The notes under the pieces are model-generated. The model had not been told where the DNA came from, searched no databases, and was given only the letters and a program-made list of their open reading frames with translations. Below, one piece after another: positions 17,618 to 26,105 of a stretch of DNA of 64,000 nt. A program made the position numbers and the translations under genes. Each line of letters begins with the position of its first letter. The stretch's first letter is position 1. This DNA is from Alphaproteobacteria bacterium (GTDB taxonomy: Bacteria; Pseudomonadota; Alphaproteobacteria; Azospirillales; Azospirillaceae): assembly GCA_046570145.1 (NCBI GenBank), contig JBKHVJ010000024.1, positions 37,141-101,140 of the forward strand, in the 5' to 3' direction.

Positions 17618-18658
17618 ATGACCGGCATTCCCATCGTCGAGGCCGCCCCGGCCAAGCTGAACCTGTACCTGCACGTCACCGGCCGGCGCGCCGACGGCTA
17701 TCACGAGCTGGACAGCCTCGTCGCCTTTGCCGAGCTTGGCGATACCATCGCCCTGACTCCGGTCGCGGCGCGGGTGGCGCTGCGCGGCGCCGACTTGCCG
17801 CCGGCCGGGCTGCGGCTGGCCATCGCCGGCCCCTTCGGCCCGGTCCTGATGGGCGAGAATCCGGCCGGCAATCTGGTGATGCGCGCCGCCCGTGCACTGG
17901 CCGCCCGGCTGGGCCGGCAGGCTGACGTGATGATCGCGCTGACCAAGGCGCTGCCGGTCGCGTCGGGCATCGGCGGCGGGTCGGCCGACGCCGCCGCCTG
18001 CCTGCGGGCGCTGGCCCGCATGTGGGGGGTGCCGGCCGACGACCCGGCGCTGTTCGCGGTGGCCGCCGGGCTGGGCGCCGACGTGCCGGTCTGCGTCGCC
18101 GGGCGCAGCTGCTATTTCGGCGGCATCGGCGACGTGCTGGACGAGGCGCCGGAGCTGCCGGAAACCCATGTGGTGCTGGTCAACCCGAATGTGCCGGTGC
18201 CGACGCCGGCGGTGTTCAAGGCGATGGCCGCCGCACGCGCGGAGAGCGGCGCCCGCTTCTCCGCCCCCGCCCGCTTCACCCGCAAGCCGGCGGATGCGGC
18301 CGATCTGGCCGCGCTGCTGCGGGAGCGGACCAACGACCTGACCGCCCCGGCCCTGACGGTCGCCCCGGTGATCGCCGAGGTGCTGTCGGCGCTGGAGCGC
18401 AGCGCCGGCTGCCTCTTGCCCCGCCTGTCCGGCAGCGGTGCCACCTGCTTCGGCCTCTATGCCACCGCGCGGGAGGCGGAGGCCGCGGCCAGCGCCATCG
18501 CCGCGGCGGAACCGGGCTGGTGGGTCAAGCCGACCCGCCTGCGCCCCACCCCGCCCGACGCCCCGGCCCTGCCGCGCGGCATCGTCGCCGACCCCGCCGC
18601 GGCCGTCCCGCCGCCGGCCGCTCCCTTCCCCGACACCGGCGGCTGGGGAGTCGGCTGA
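17618..18658 (+). CDS. ispE: 4-(cytidine 5'-diphospho)-2-C-methyl-D-erythritol kinase with a Pro-rich C-terminal extension
   Basis: The ATG at 17618 follows GGAG. The text includes 'APAKLNLYLHVTGRRADGYHELDSL' and the GHMP motif 'LPVASGIGGGSADAAACL'. The last ~55 aa ('PTRLRPTPPDAPALP...PPPAAPFPDTGG') are a low-complexity extension. Confidence 0.9.
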   Translation: MTGIPIVEAAPAKLNLYLHVTGRRADGYHELDSLVAFAELGDTIALTPVAARVALRGADLPPAGLRLAIAGPFGPVLMGENPAGNLVMRAARALAARLGRQADVMIALTKALPVASGIGGGSADAAACLRALARMWGVPADDPALFAVAAGLGADVPVCVAGRSCYFGGIGDVLDEAPELPETHVVLVNPNVPVPTPAVFKAMAAARAESGARFSAPARFTRKPADAADLAALLRERTNDLTAPALTVAPVIAEVLSALERSAGCLLPRLSGSGATCFGLYATAREAEAAASAIAAAEPGWWVKPTRLRPTPPDAPALPRGIVADPAAAVPPPAAPFPDTGGWGVG

Positions 18659-18674
18659 TCGGGGGAGAGGCGGC

Positions 18675-18998
18675 TCAGGCCCGCATGTAGGCCCAGCCCT
18701 CCGCCTGCGCCTCGGCGATGTCGAGGACGCCGGCGGGGACCACCGTCAGCCCCTCCGCCGACCGGCCGGTCTTCGCCAGCGTGTTGCCGCAGACGCGCAG
18801 AAGCCGGTCGGTCCCGGCATCCGGGCCGTCCAGCGCCGCCGCCACCGCACCGGCATTCACCACGATCCGGACCTCGGCATCCGGCCGCGCCTTCAGCAGG
18901 TTGCGGGCGTTGTTCCGCGCCCGCTCCAGCGCCGCCGGGGTGGGGGCATGGATGAGCAGACGCAGGGGACGGTCGGAATGCGAGGTCATGCCCGTCAT
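18675..18998 (-). CDS. DsrE/DsrF-like family small protein
   Basis: The 107-aa product reads 'LRLLIHAPTPAALERARNNARNLLKARPDAEVRIVVNAGAVAAAL', which resembles the small DsrE-like fold. Its start overlaps the upstream SBP stop by 4 nt (ATGA, 18995-18998). Confidence 0.6.
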   Translation of the reverse strand: MTGMTSHSDRPLRLLIHAPTPAALERARNNARNLLKARPDAEVRIVVNAGAVAAALDGPDAGTDRLLRVCGNTLAKTGRSAEGLTVVPAGVLDIAEAQAEGWAYMRA

Positions 18999-20062
18999 TT
19001 CCCCATGGCGGCGTCGTGGAAGGACAGGTCGAACAGTGCGTCGACGTCGACCGGCTCGGTGATCTGGCCCAGCGTCTGCTGGAAGGCCTGCATCCGCTTG
19101 GTGGAGTCCAGGATCACCCTGGGGTCGTCGACGAAGGTCGTCGCGTCGGAGGTCAGCGCCGCCCGCATCACGTCACGCTCCACCAGACCCTTGCCGATGA
19201 TCTCCGTCACCAGCGCCGCCGTACGGTCGGGGTTGGATTTGGCGAAGGCGGTCGCGCGGATGTGCAGCTTGACCAGATCGGCGACGGCGGCGCGGTTGCT
19301 GGCGATGGCGTCCTCCGTCACCGCCAGGACGGCACCCGGCTGCTTGGGGAACATGGTGCCGGCCTTCGCGATGATGGCGGCATCCTGCAAGCGGGACTGA
19401 ACCAGCGTCAGGATCGGCTCCAGGATCGAGGCGCCGTCGATGGCGCCGGTGAGCAGCGCCTGCTGCAGGGGCTGTTCGCCCATGCCGACGACCTCGACAT
19501 CGTCCGCACCGATCCGGGCGACTTCCGCCATCCAATAGCGCAGCACCGTGTCGGGAACCGAACCGGCCGGCAACGAGCCGATCTTGGGCAACCGGCCGTG
19601 GGCCGTGCGGAACGCCCGGATCCCCTCCGCCGGGCTGGCGGCGCCGGCCATCGCCTTGGCCAGCGGACCGCCGCCGATGAGCGCCACCTGATCGATGACG
19701 TTGGCGGCGACCACCTTCAGCTTCACCCCCTTCGACCGGGCGATCATCGCCGGGCCGATGCCGACATAGGCGACGTCCAGCGTCCCCGACGCCAGCGCCT
19801 GGATCATCGCCGGGCCCGACTGGAAGCTGGTGGTCTGCAGGGTCAGCCCGACGTCCTTCACCCATCCCTCCCCCGTCAGCACATAGAGCTGGGTCATGGG
19901 GATGATCGGGATATAGCCGACACGCAGGGTCGCCGCGGCGAAGGCCGGCAGCGGCAGCGAGGCGGCGGCACCGGCGGTGACGGCACCCAAGGCAGCGGCG
20001 CCGGCCAGCAGCCGGCGGCGGGCGATGGGAAGGGTAATGTTGGAACGGCTGGTCGTCGGCAT
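18995..20062 (-). CDS. Periplasmic substrate-binding protein, NMT1/THI5-like (NitT/TauT-type), Tat signal
   Basis: The ATG at 20062 is preceded by GGGAGA. The twin-arginine leader is 'IARRRLLAGAAALGAVTAGAAASLPLPAFAAA'. The text 'LRVGYIPIIPMTQLYV' is typical of NMT1-like SBPs. No permease or ATPase gene is adjacent. Confidence 0.85.
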   Translation of the reverse strand: MPTTSRSNITLPIARRRLLAGAAALGAVTAGAAASLPLPAFAAATLRVGYIPIIPMTQLYVLTGEGWVKDVGLTLQTTSFQSGPAMIQALASGTLDVAYVGIGPAMIARSKGVKLKVVAANVIDQVALIGGGPLAKAMAGAASPAEGIRAFRTAHGRLPKIGSLPAGSVPDTVLRYWMAEVARIGADDVEVVGMGEQPLQQALLTGAIDGASILEPILTLVQSRLQDAAIIAKAGTMFPKQPGAVLAVTEDAIASNRAAVADLVKLHIRATAFAKSNPDRTAALVTEIIGKGLVERDVMRAALTSDATTFVDDPRVILDSTKRMQAFQQTLGQITEPVDVDALFDLSFHDAAMGK

Positions 20063-20165
20063 TGCTGTCTCCCTTTGCCGGGCAAGGCTAGCCCGCCCGG
20101 CCGGGAAACTCAATTCACGACACCTTCAAATGACACATTCCGGTATTCAACAAAGGTGCACTGTC

Positions 20166-21398
20166 TTACTGTTCACCCGGCAGCCGGCGACGGACGGGCC
20201 GGATCAGCCACAGGTTCAGCACCAGGCTGACCAGGGCCGCGCCGCCGATCACCGCCGCCATCGGCAAGGCGGTGCCGTTGGCCATCAGCCCGACCGCCCA
20301 GCCCGACGCCGCGCCGATGCTGAACTGCAGCATGCCCGCGAGCGCCGACGCGGTGCCGGCCATCTGCGGGAAGGACTGCAGCGCCCCCGCCATGGAGTTG
20401 GCGAAACAGAACCCGGTCAGCGACATGAACAGGAACAGGCTGCCGACCATCCCCCACAAGCCCCCCCAGCCGCCCACCACGACGACGACCAGCAGGATGC
20501 CGCTTGCCGCCGACAGCCAGATGCCGATCCGCAGCATCACGTCGGACCCGAAGCGCATGACCGCCCGGCTGTTCAGCGTGTTGACGATGATCATGCCGAC
20601 GATGTTCAGCCCGAACAGGAATCCGTAATTCTCCGGCCGCACCCCGAACAGCTCGATATAGACGAAGGGTGAACCGGAGATGAAGGCGAACATCCCCGCA
20701 TAGATGAAGGACGATCCCACCGCATAGCCGAGATAGCGGCGGTTGGTCAGCAGCTTGCGGTAGGACTCCGCCAGCGCCATCGGGCGCAGGCTGGTGCGCC
20801 GCGTCTCGGGATGGGTTTCCGGCAGGGTGGCGAGCGCCAGCATGGCGATGAGTCCGAAGGCCGCCTGCGCCCAGAAGATCCAGCGCCAGTTCGCCCAGAT
20901 CAGGATCTGGCCGCCGATCAGCGGGGCGATGATCGGGGCGGCGCCCATCACCAGCATCATCATCGACAGCACGCTGGCGGCGCGGTCGCGCTCGAACACG
21001 TCGCGGATCATGGCGCGGACCAGCACCGGCCCGGCGCACGCCCCCACCGCCTGCACGAACCGCCAGGCCGCCAGATGGCCGACATCGGTGGTCAGCGAAC
21101 AGCCGACGCAGCCCACGGCATAGAGCAGGATGCCGGTCGCCACCGGGATCCGCCGGCCGAACCGGTCGCTCAGCGCCCCCCACAGCAGCTGCCCGACGCC
21201 GAAGCCCAGGAAGAAGGCCGACAACGTCCATTGCACCTGATCCTGCGGCGCATGCAGGTCGCGCCCGATCTCCGGCATTCCAGGCAGATACATGTCGGTG
21301 CCCATCGGACCGAACGACATCAGCACGCCGAGCGCCGCAATGAAGAAGGGGCTTTCGGCGGGCAAAAGGGAGCGGACGGCGGCAAGGCGCGCGAGCAT
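20166..21398 (-). CDS. MFS drug-efflux transporter, Bcr/CflA subfamily
   Basis: The product has twelve hydrophobic segments and the subfamily text 'GTDMYLPGMPEIGRDLHAPQDQVQWTLSAFFLGFGVGQLLWGALSDRFGRR'. Confidence 0.9.
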   Translation of the reverse strand: MLARLAAVRSLLPAESPFFIAALGVLMSFGPMGTDMYLPGMPEIGRDLHAPQDQVQWTLSAFFLGFGVGQLLWGALSDRFGRRIPVATGILLYAVGCVGCSLTTDVGHLAAWRFVQAVGACAGPVLVRAMIRDVFERDRAASVLSMMMLVMGAAPIIAPLIGGQILIWANWRWIFWAQAAFGLIAMLALATLPETHPETRRTSLRPMALAESYRKLLTNRRYLGYAVGSSFIYAGMFAFISGSPFVYIELFGVRPENYGFLFGLNIVGMIIVNTLNSRAVMRFGSDVMLRIGIWLSAASGILLVVVVVGGWGGLWGMVGSLFLFMSLTGFCFANSMAGALQSFPQMAGTASALAGMLQFSIGAASGWAVGLMANGTALPMAAVIGGAALVSLVLNLWLIRPVRRRLPGEQ

Positions 21399-21687
21399 CA
21401 GAAAACCCGAATGAGAAGGGATGGGGGATCGGCCGGACGGAGTCCGCAGCCTTTAAGCTGATCCGTCACCCGCTCTGCGCAAAGTCCCGTCTTTTCATGG
21501 CTGCCTTGACCGCTGTGCGATAGGGCGAAACCGCGACAATCCGGGCTCTCGCCGGTTTGCCGCCCGGTCCCGCGGCCCCGCCCTCGGGGGCTGGTTTGCG
21601 CAGCAACAAAATTCTGGTTCCAGAGGCGGGCCCGTGTCTAAGATTGAGTCCGCATACCGGGTTTTCCACCCAGCCGGAGGCAGCGTC

Positions 21688-22683
21688 ATGCCGCACCCCA
21701 ACCGCCGGTCGGTCCTGTCCTGCGTCGCCGCCGGGGCCGCCCTGGTCCTGCTGCCGCGGCACCCGCGGGCGGCGGACATCCGGCCGGGGCTGATCTATGC
21801 GGCAGGCCAGAAATTCGACAAGAGTTTCAACGAAGGCGCATTCGCCGGGGCAGAGCGGTTCAGGGCGGCCAGCGGCATTCCGGTGGTCGAATATCTGCCG
21901 TCCAATCCGGCGCAGTTCGACCAGGGGCTGGCATCGCTGTTGCGGCGCGGTGTGACCGATCTGGTCGCCATCGGCTTCTATTATGCGACGCCGCTGGGCC
22001 GGCTGGCCCCGGCGCACCCGGCGGTGCGCTTCACCCTGGTCGATGCGGTGGCGGAGGCACCGAACATCCGCTGCGTCACCTTCAAGGAGCAGGAAGGCGC
22101 CTTCCTGGTCGGCGTGCTGGCGGCGCTGGCGTCGAAGACCGGGACCGTCGGCTTCGTGGGCGCGCTGGACATCCCGCTGATCCGCAAATTCATCGCCGGC
22201 TTCGAACAGGGTGCGCGCCATGCCCGCGGCGACATCCGGGTGTTGGTGAACTTCGTCGGCACCACGCCCGCCGCCTTCAACGACCCCACAACCGGAGCGG
22301 AAGTGGCGCGCAGCCAGTTCCAGCGCGGAGCCGACGTGGTCTTCGCAGGGGCGGGCGTGTCGAATTTCGGCATCTTCGCCGCGGCGAGCGAGGCGCGCCG
22401 GCTGGCCATCGGCGTCGACAGCAACCAGAACTATCTCTATCCCGGCTCCATCCTCACCTCCATGCTGAAGCGGGTGGATCTGGCGGTGGACTCGAGCTTC
22501 CAGGCCGCGCTCCAGGGGCGGTGGAGCGCCGGCACAGTGGCGCTGGGACTGGCGGAGGGTGCCGTCGATTACGCGATGGACGAAAACAACCGCGAGCTTC
22601 TGACCCCCGCCATGCTGGACGCGGCGGAGGCCGCCCGCCGCGCCATCGTCGCCGGCCGCATTCCCGTGGCGGACGGCAGCTGA
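21688..22683 (+). CDS. BMP-family (Med/PnrA-like) ABC substrate-binding protein
   Basis: The ATG at 21688 is preceded by GGAGG. The Tat-like leader is 'NRRSVLSCVAAGAALVLLP'. The text includes 'DKSFNEGAFAGAERF', 'VGFVGALDIPLIRKFIAGFEQGA' and 'AIGVDSNQ'. No transporter genes are adjacent. Confidence 0.85.
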   Translation: MPHPNRRSVLSCVAAGAALVLLPRHPRAADIRPGLIYAAGQKFDKSFNEGAFAGAERFRAASGIPVVEYLPSNPAQFDQGLASLLRRGVTDLVAIGFYYATPLGRLAPAHPAVRFTLVDAVAEAPNIRCVTFKEQEGAFLVGVLAALASKTGTVGFVGALDIPLIRKFIAGFEQGARHARGDIRVLVNFVGTTPAAFNDPTTGAEVARSQFQRGADVVFAGAGVSNFGIFAAASEARRLAIGVDSNQNYLYPGSILTSMLKRVDLAVDSSFQAALQGRWSAGTVALGLAEGAVDYAMDENNRELLTPAMLDAAEAARRAIVAGRIPVADGS

Positions 22684-22714
22684 ACCGGCAGTCGATCTGA
22701 AATCAGGGACAGCG

Positions 22715-23908
22715 TCAGGCCGGCGCCTCGAAAGGCTGCCACCCAAGGGCGGCGGACAGGTCGGCGCCCTTCAGCGTTGCGAAACTGGTCTTGATCGCGG
22801 TCAGGTCTGTACCGCGCAACACCACCCCGGCAAGACTGGCGTCGCGCAGGTCGGCACCGGTCAGCCGCGCCTTGGCGAAGCTGGTCGGCCACAGGCGGCT
22901 GCCGTCACCGCTGAGATCGACTTTGCGGAACTTGGCCCGCCACAGCTTGGCGCCGGCCAGATTGGCACCTTCCAGGTTGCAGCCGGACAGGTCGGCGCTG
23001 GTGAAATCGGCATCGCGCAGATCGCTGTAGGAAAGGTCCGCCATCATCAGCTTTGCGCCGGAGAAATCCGCCCCGCGCAGCCCGCAGAAGCGCATCACCG
23101 CCCCGCAGAGCAACTGGTTGGCGAAATTGTAGCCGCGCAGGTCGACGCGCTGCAGTTGAATGCGCTCCCCGCCCTTCCCAAGCTTCTCCACCCAAATCTG
23201 ATGGTCGGCGATCAGGTCGGTCATCCGCGCCGCGGTTGTGGTCAGGCCGGTACCGTCCACATCGACGCCGTGACGCTCCAGCGCCACCCGCAGCTCGTCG
23301 TGCAGGCGGGCGCCGCACATCAGCACGCCGTCAAGCGTCGCCTTGCGCATGGTCGCACCCGTCAGGTCCGCCCCGATCAGGATGGCGCCGCTGAGGTCGC
23401 TTCCGTTGAGATCGGCGCCGGACAGGTCGCTGCCGCTGAAATCGCACTGCGCCATCCGGCAATCGGTCAGGACCGCCTGGGTCAGGCTGCAGCCGACGAA
23501 GGTCGTGGTGCCATCGCTGTTCCCGGCGGCACGGAACTCGCCGGCATCCAGCACCATGCCGCGGCGCAGGTCGGCGCCCTGCAGGTTGGCGTTCTGCAGC
23601 TTCGCACCGTCGACCCTGGCCCCGCGCAGATCGGCGCCCTGCAGCTGCGCACCGGTCAGGTCGGCCTTCGACAGGTCGGCGCCGTAGAGATCGGCCTTCG
23701 ACAGCACGGTGCCGACCATCCGCGCCCGCGCCAGGCTGGCGCCCGTCAGCTTGGCGCCCGACAGGTTGACGCGGTTGAGGCCCAACCCGGCCAGATCGTA
23801 AAAGCTGAGGTTTGCGCGGCGCCCCCGTCCGACCGGATCGCGCAGCAGCCATTGCTGGTGCCGCACCAGCGCGTCGCGAACCGCCCGAAGGTAGCGTTCA
23901 TCTGTCAT
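22715..23908 (-). CDS. Pentapeptide-repeat protein (397 aa)
   Basis: Almost the whole protein is A(D/N)LxX repeats, for example 'ADLSKADLTGAQLQGADLRGARVDGAKLQNANLQGADL' and 'SDLSGADLNGSDLSGAILIGADLTGATM'. There is no signal peptide. Confidence 0.88.
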   Translation of the reverse strand: MTDERYLRAVRDALVRHQQWLLRDPVGRGRRANLSFYDLAGLGLNRVNLSGAKLTGASLARARMVGTVLSKADLYGADLSKADLTGAQLQGADLRGARVDGAKLQNANLQGADLRRGMVLDAGEFRAAGNSDGTTTFVGCSLTQAVLTDCRMAQCDFSGSDLSGADLNGSDLSGAILIGADLTGATMRKATLDGVLMCGARLHDELRVALERHGVDVDGTGLTTTAARMTDLIADHQIWVEKLGKGGERIQLQRVDLRGYNFANQLLCGAVMRFCGLRGADFSGAKLMMADLSYSDLRDADFTSADLSGCNLEGANLAGAKLWRAKFRKVDLSGDGSRLWPTSFAKARLTGADLRDASLAGVVLRGTDLTAIKTSFATLKGADLSAALGWQPFEAPA

Positions 23909-24209
23909 GCGGCGCTTCGATGCCCCGGCATTGCCGTCCCGGACACGCTGTCAGGGACTGTTGGCAACCGCGATGTTACCGAAACCGATTCAATTTCGGA
24001 AGGCATGTCCCTTCGAACCTTCGCCAGACCGGCATGATTCTTTTGTTGCAGCCTCAGATTCTGTCCGGCCGGTTCCGCCGATGCTGTCGGATATAGGACC
24101 GCCGCCATCACAGCCGCGTGATCCCCATCCCCACCCGCTTGGGCCGGCGGCCAGTCCGACCAATATAGTGGGTCTGGAACACCGACCACCACCAGCGGAG
24201 ACCGGCGGC

Positions 24210-24626
24210 ATGCCCGAATCGGACGAGACCAACACGGCCAAGAGCGAACAGGACTGGAAGAGGGATTTGTCGCCCAACCAGTTCAAGGTTCTGCGCGAAC
24301 ACGCAACCGAATATCCCGGCACCAGCCCTCTCAACGACGAGAAGCGCCAGGGCGTCTACCGCTGCGCCGGCTGCGGTCAGCCCCTCTATGCCAGCGACAC
24401 CAAATACGAGAGCGGGTCCGGCTGGCCCAGCTTCTGGCAGCCTATTCCTGGCGCGGTGGAGACCTCCACCGACTATAAGCTGGCCTATCCGCGGACCGAG
24501 GTTCATTGCGCCAACTGCAAAGGCCATCTCGGTCATGTCTTCGATGACGGGCCGCAGCCGACAGGGAAGCGCTATTGCATGAACGGCGTCGCCATGACTT
24601 TCCTGCCCTCGGAAAAGTCCGGCTGA
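24210..24626 (+). CDS. msrB: Peptide-methionine (R)-S-oxide reductase
   Basis: The ATG at 24210 has GGAG about 10 nt upstream, and the ORF-track start at 23907 is an upstream extension. The Zn-binding CxxC pairs are 'CAGCGQPLY' and 'CANCKGHLGHVFDDGP'. The catalytic 'RYCMNG' is present. Confidence 0.93.
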   Translation: MPESDETNTAKSEQDWKRDLSPNQFKVLREHATEYPGTSPLNDEKRQGVYRCAGCGQPLYASDTKYESGSGWPSFWQPIPGAVETSTDYKLAYPRTEVHCANCKGHLGHVFDDGPQPTGKRYCMNGVAMTFLPSEKSG

Positions 24627-24636
24627 CCCGCAGAAC

Positions 24637-24682
24637 TATGACCGGGCGCCGGATTCCTTTGCCTGATCGGCGCCCGGTCATA
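24637..24682 (+). terminator. 14-bp perfect inverted repeat after msrB
   Basis: TATGACCGGGCGCC (24637-24650) pairs with GGCGCCCGGTCATA (24669-24682) around an 18-nt loop, 11 nt after the msrB stop. It is followed by an AT-rich stretch. Confidence 0.55.
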
Positions 24683-24866
24683 AATCCTCCCCAAAAAGTT
24701 GGTTTTACCCCTAATTGAGCTAAAAATGGCAACCTTGGGACGGAGCGCGATGGTATGATCCGCCCCGTGCGGCGGGTTGTCGCGAGGGCATCGCGACCCT
24801 CCGCAGTCCATGGCACCATGCGTCGTCGAAGCGGCGCAGGCATTCGGTGCGGCTGGCGGAGGGCGA

Positions 24867-25430
24867 ATGGTCATTTCGGCCGAGTTCCTGGGGATGCTGC
24901 TTCTGATCGCCAGCGCCGCCGCGCTTGGCCTGTCGATCGTGGTCGATGTCGGCCGCGTCAGCGCCGAAAAGACGCGCGAGGCGATGAATCAGAGACAGTA
25001 CGACAAGAAGCGCGCCGCGCTGGCCGAATGGCGCCAGAAGACGGAGCGCAAGCGCGTCGACCTGACCACCCTGCAAGCGCGCCTGACCGAATTCAACGGC
25101 CGGCGCCAGAAGGCGCTGACGGAGTTGCGGGCGCTTGAATTCTCCAAGATCGAGCTGGTGCACGAGTTGGGCGACCTGGAGTCCGACGGCGATGTCTATT
25201 GGGCACAGCTGGCGGTCGGCCCCAATTTCAATGAGCTGGACCGCAAGGATATCGTCTTCTCGCGCCAGATCTGGGAGTACCGCAACGTCGCGCACATCAC
25301 CGCCCCGTCGGCCGAACAGGCGCACGGCACGGTGCGGACCAGCTTTTCCCAGCGCAACGGCCTGATCAGTTCGCCGGTGGTCCCGCTGGCCCTCGCTCCC
25401 GATCCCGAGGCTGAGGCGACCGCAGCATGA
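24867..25430 (+). CDS. Membrane-anchored coiled-coil hypothetical protein (paralogue A)
   Basis: The ATG at 24867 is preceded by GGAGGG. The product has an N-terminal TM 'FLGMLLLIASAAALGLSIVV', a charged heptad-like region 'EKTREAMNQRQYDKKRAALAEWRQKTERKRVDLTTLQARL', and a C-terminal domain 'YWAQLAV...IWEYRNVAHITAPSAEQAHGTVRTSFSQRNGLI'. Confidence 0.7.
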   Translation: MVISAEFLGMLLLIASAAALGLSIVVDVGRVSAEKTREAMNQRQYDKKRAALAEWRQKTERKRVDLTTLQARLTEFNGRRQKALTELRALEFSKIELVHELGDLESDGDVYWAQLAVGPNFNELDRKDIVFSRQIWEYRNVAHITAPSAEQAHGTVRTSFSQRNGLISSPVVPLALAPDPEAEATAA

Positions 25431-25457
25431 TGGGGGCCGCATGATGGGAACGGGCCG

Positions 25458-26084
25458 ATGACCGGCATGATGCTGTATTTTGCGCTTGGCCTGATGGTGC
25501 TGACCGTCCTGTCCAACCGCTACTGGCGCCGCCAGCTGACCCTGACGCGGGTCGCCATGTCCAAGCTGAAGGAGAAGGTGGACGACGTGACCAAGGAGGT
25601 CGCGGACGTCGCCTCCGACTACGCACAGCTTGCCCACCACCACGCGGAGATGGAGAAGCGCGTCCAGAAGGCCGAAATCGACATGCAGGCCGCCATACTG
25701 GAGCTGGACCAGAAGAAGGGTGCTGCCATGCAGCGCTACTTCGTGTTCGACCGCAACGAGCCGCGCCCCGGCCGCTTCTGGGAGGTCGCGGTGCGCTTTC
25801 AGCCGGCGGCGGTCAGCTTCGCCGACCAGCACGGCTATCGCGGCTGGACCGGCATCCGCCGCTTCCTGCTGATCGCCGACGGCGAACGTGACGCGCGCGA
25901 TCGGGTGTCCGCCCGTTACCCCCGCAAGGCCGGCTTCGAGATTCTCGAGGTCGCCGGCTGCCGCCTGAACGGGCTGACGGTCAACCGCATTTCGGAACTC
26001 AGCACCTTCCGCAAGCCCGGCAAGCCGGAGGAGGAAGCCGCCGCCGCCCGCCCGCAGCGCCGGACCTCGCCCGCGCAATCCTGA
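25458..26084 (+). CDS. Membrane-anchored coiled-coil hypothetical protein (paralogue B)
   Basis: The start is the ATG at 25458. The architecture matches the upstream gene. It has a TM 'MLYFALGLMVLTVL', a coiled-coil-like 'KLKEKVDDVTKEVADV...EMEKRVQKAEIDMQAAILELDQKK', and a C-terminal domain 'FWEVAVRF...GWTGIRRFLLIADGERDARDRVSARYPRKAGFEI'. That domain aligns by eye with paralogue A. Confidence 0.7.
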   Translation: MTGMMLYFALGLMVLTVLSNRYWRRQLTLTRVAMSKLKEKVDDVTKEVADVASDYAQLAHHHAEMEKRVQKAEIDMQAAILELDQKKGAAMQRYFVFDRNEPRPGRFWEVAVRFQPAAVSFADQHGYRGWTGIRRFLLIADGERDARDRVSARYPRKAGFEILEVAGCRLNGLTVNRISELSTFRKPGKPEEEAAAARPQRRTSPAQS

Positions 26085-26105
26085 CTTGAGCGCAAATGGA
26101 CGCGA

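Noticed and set aside
20063-20165. A possible TPP or other riboswitch in front of the NMT1/THI5-like binding-protein gene.
   Set aside because: The leader is only about 100 nt. I could not find the conserved TPP-riboswitch elements (CUGAGA / ACCUGA) or any extended conserved-looking structure.
24170-24200. An ECF/EcfG-type -35 GGAAC upstream of msrB.
   Set aside because: No CGTT-like -10 follows at 16-17 nt; the sequence there is GAGA. The element would also sit only about 30 nt from the start codon.
23907-24209. A 101-codon N-terminal extension of msrB suggested by the ORF track.
   Set aside because: The extension is Pro-rich and has no MsrB similarity. The ATG at 24210 has an SD and gives a canonical ~138-aa MsrB. 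The region is better read as the divergent promoter spacer.
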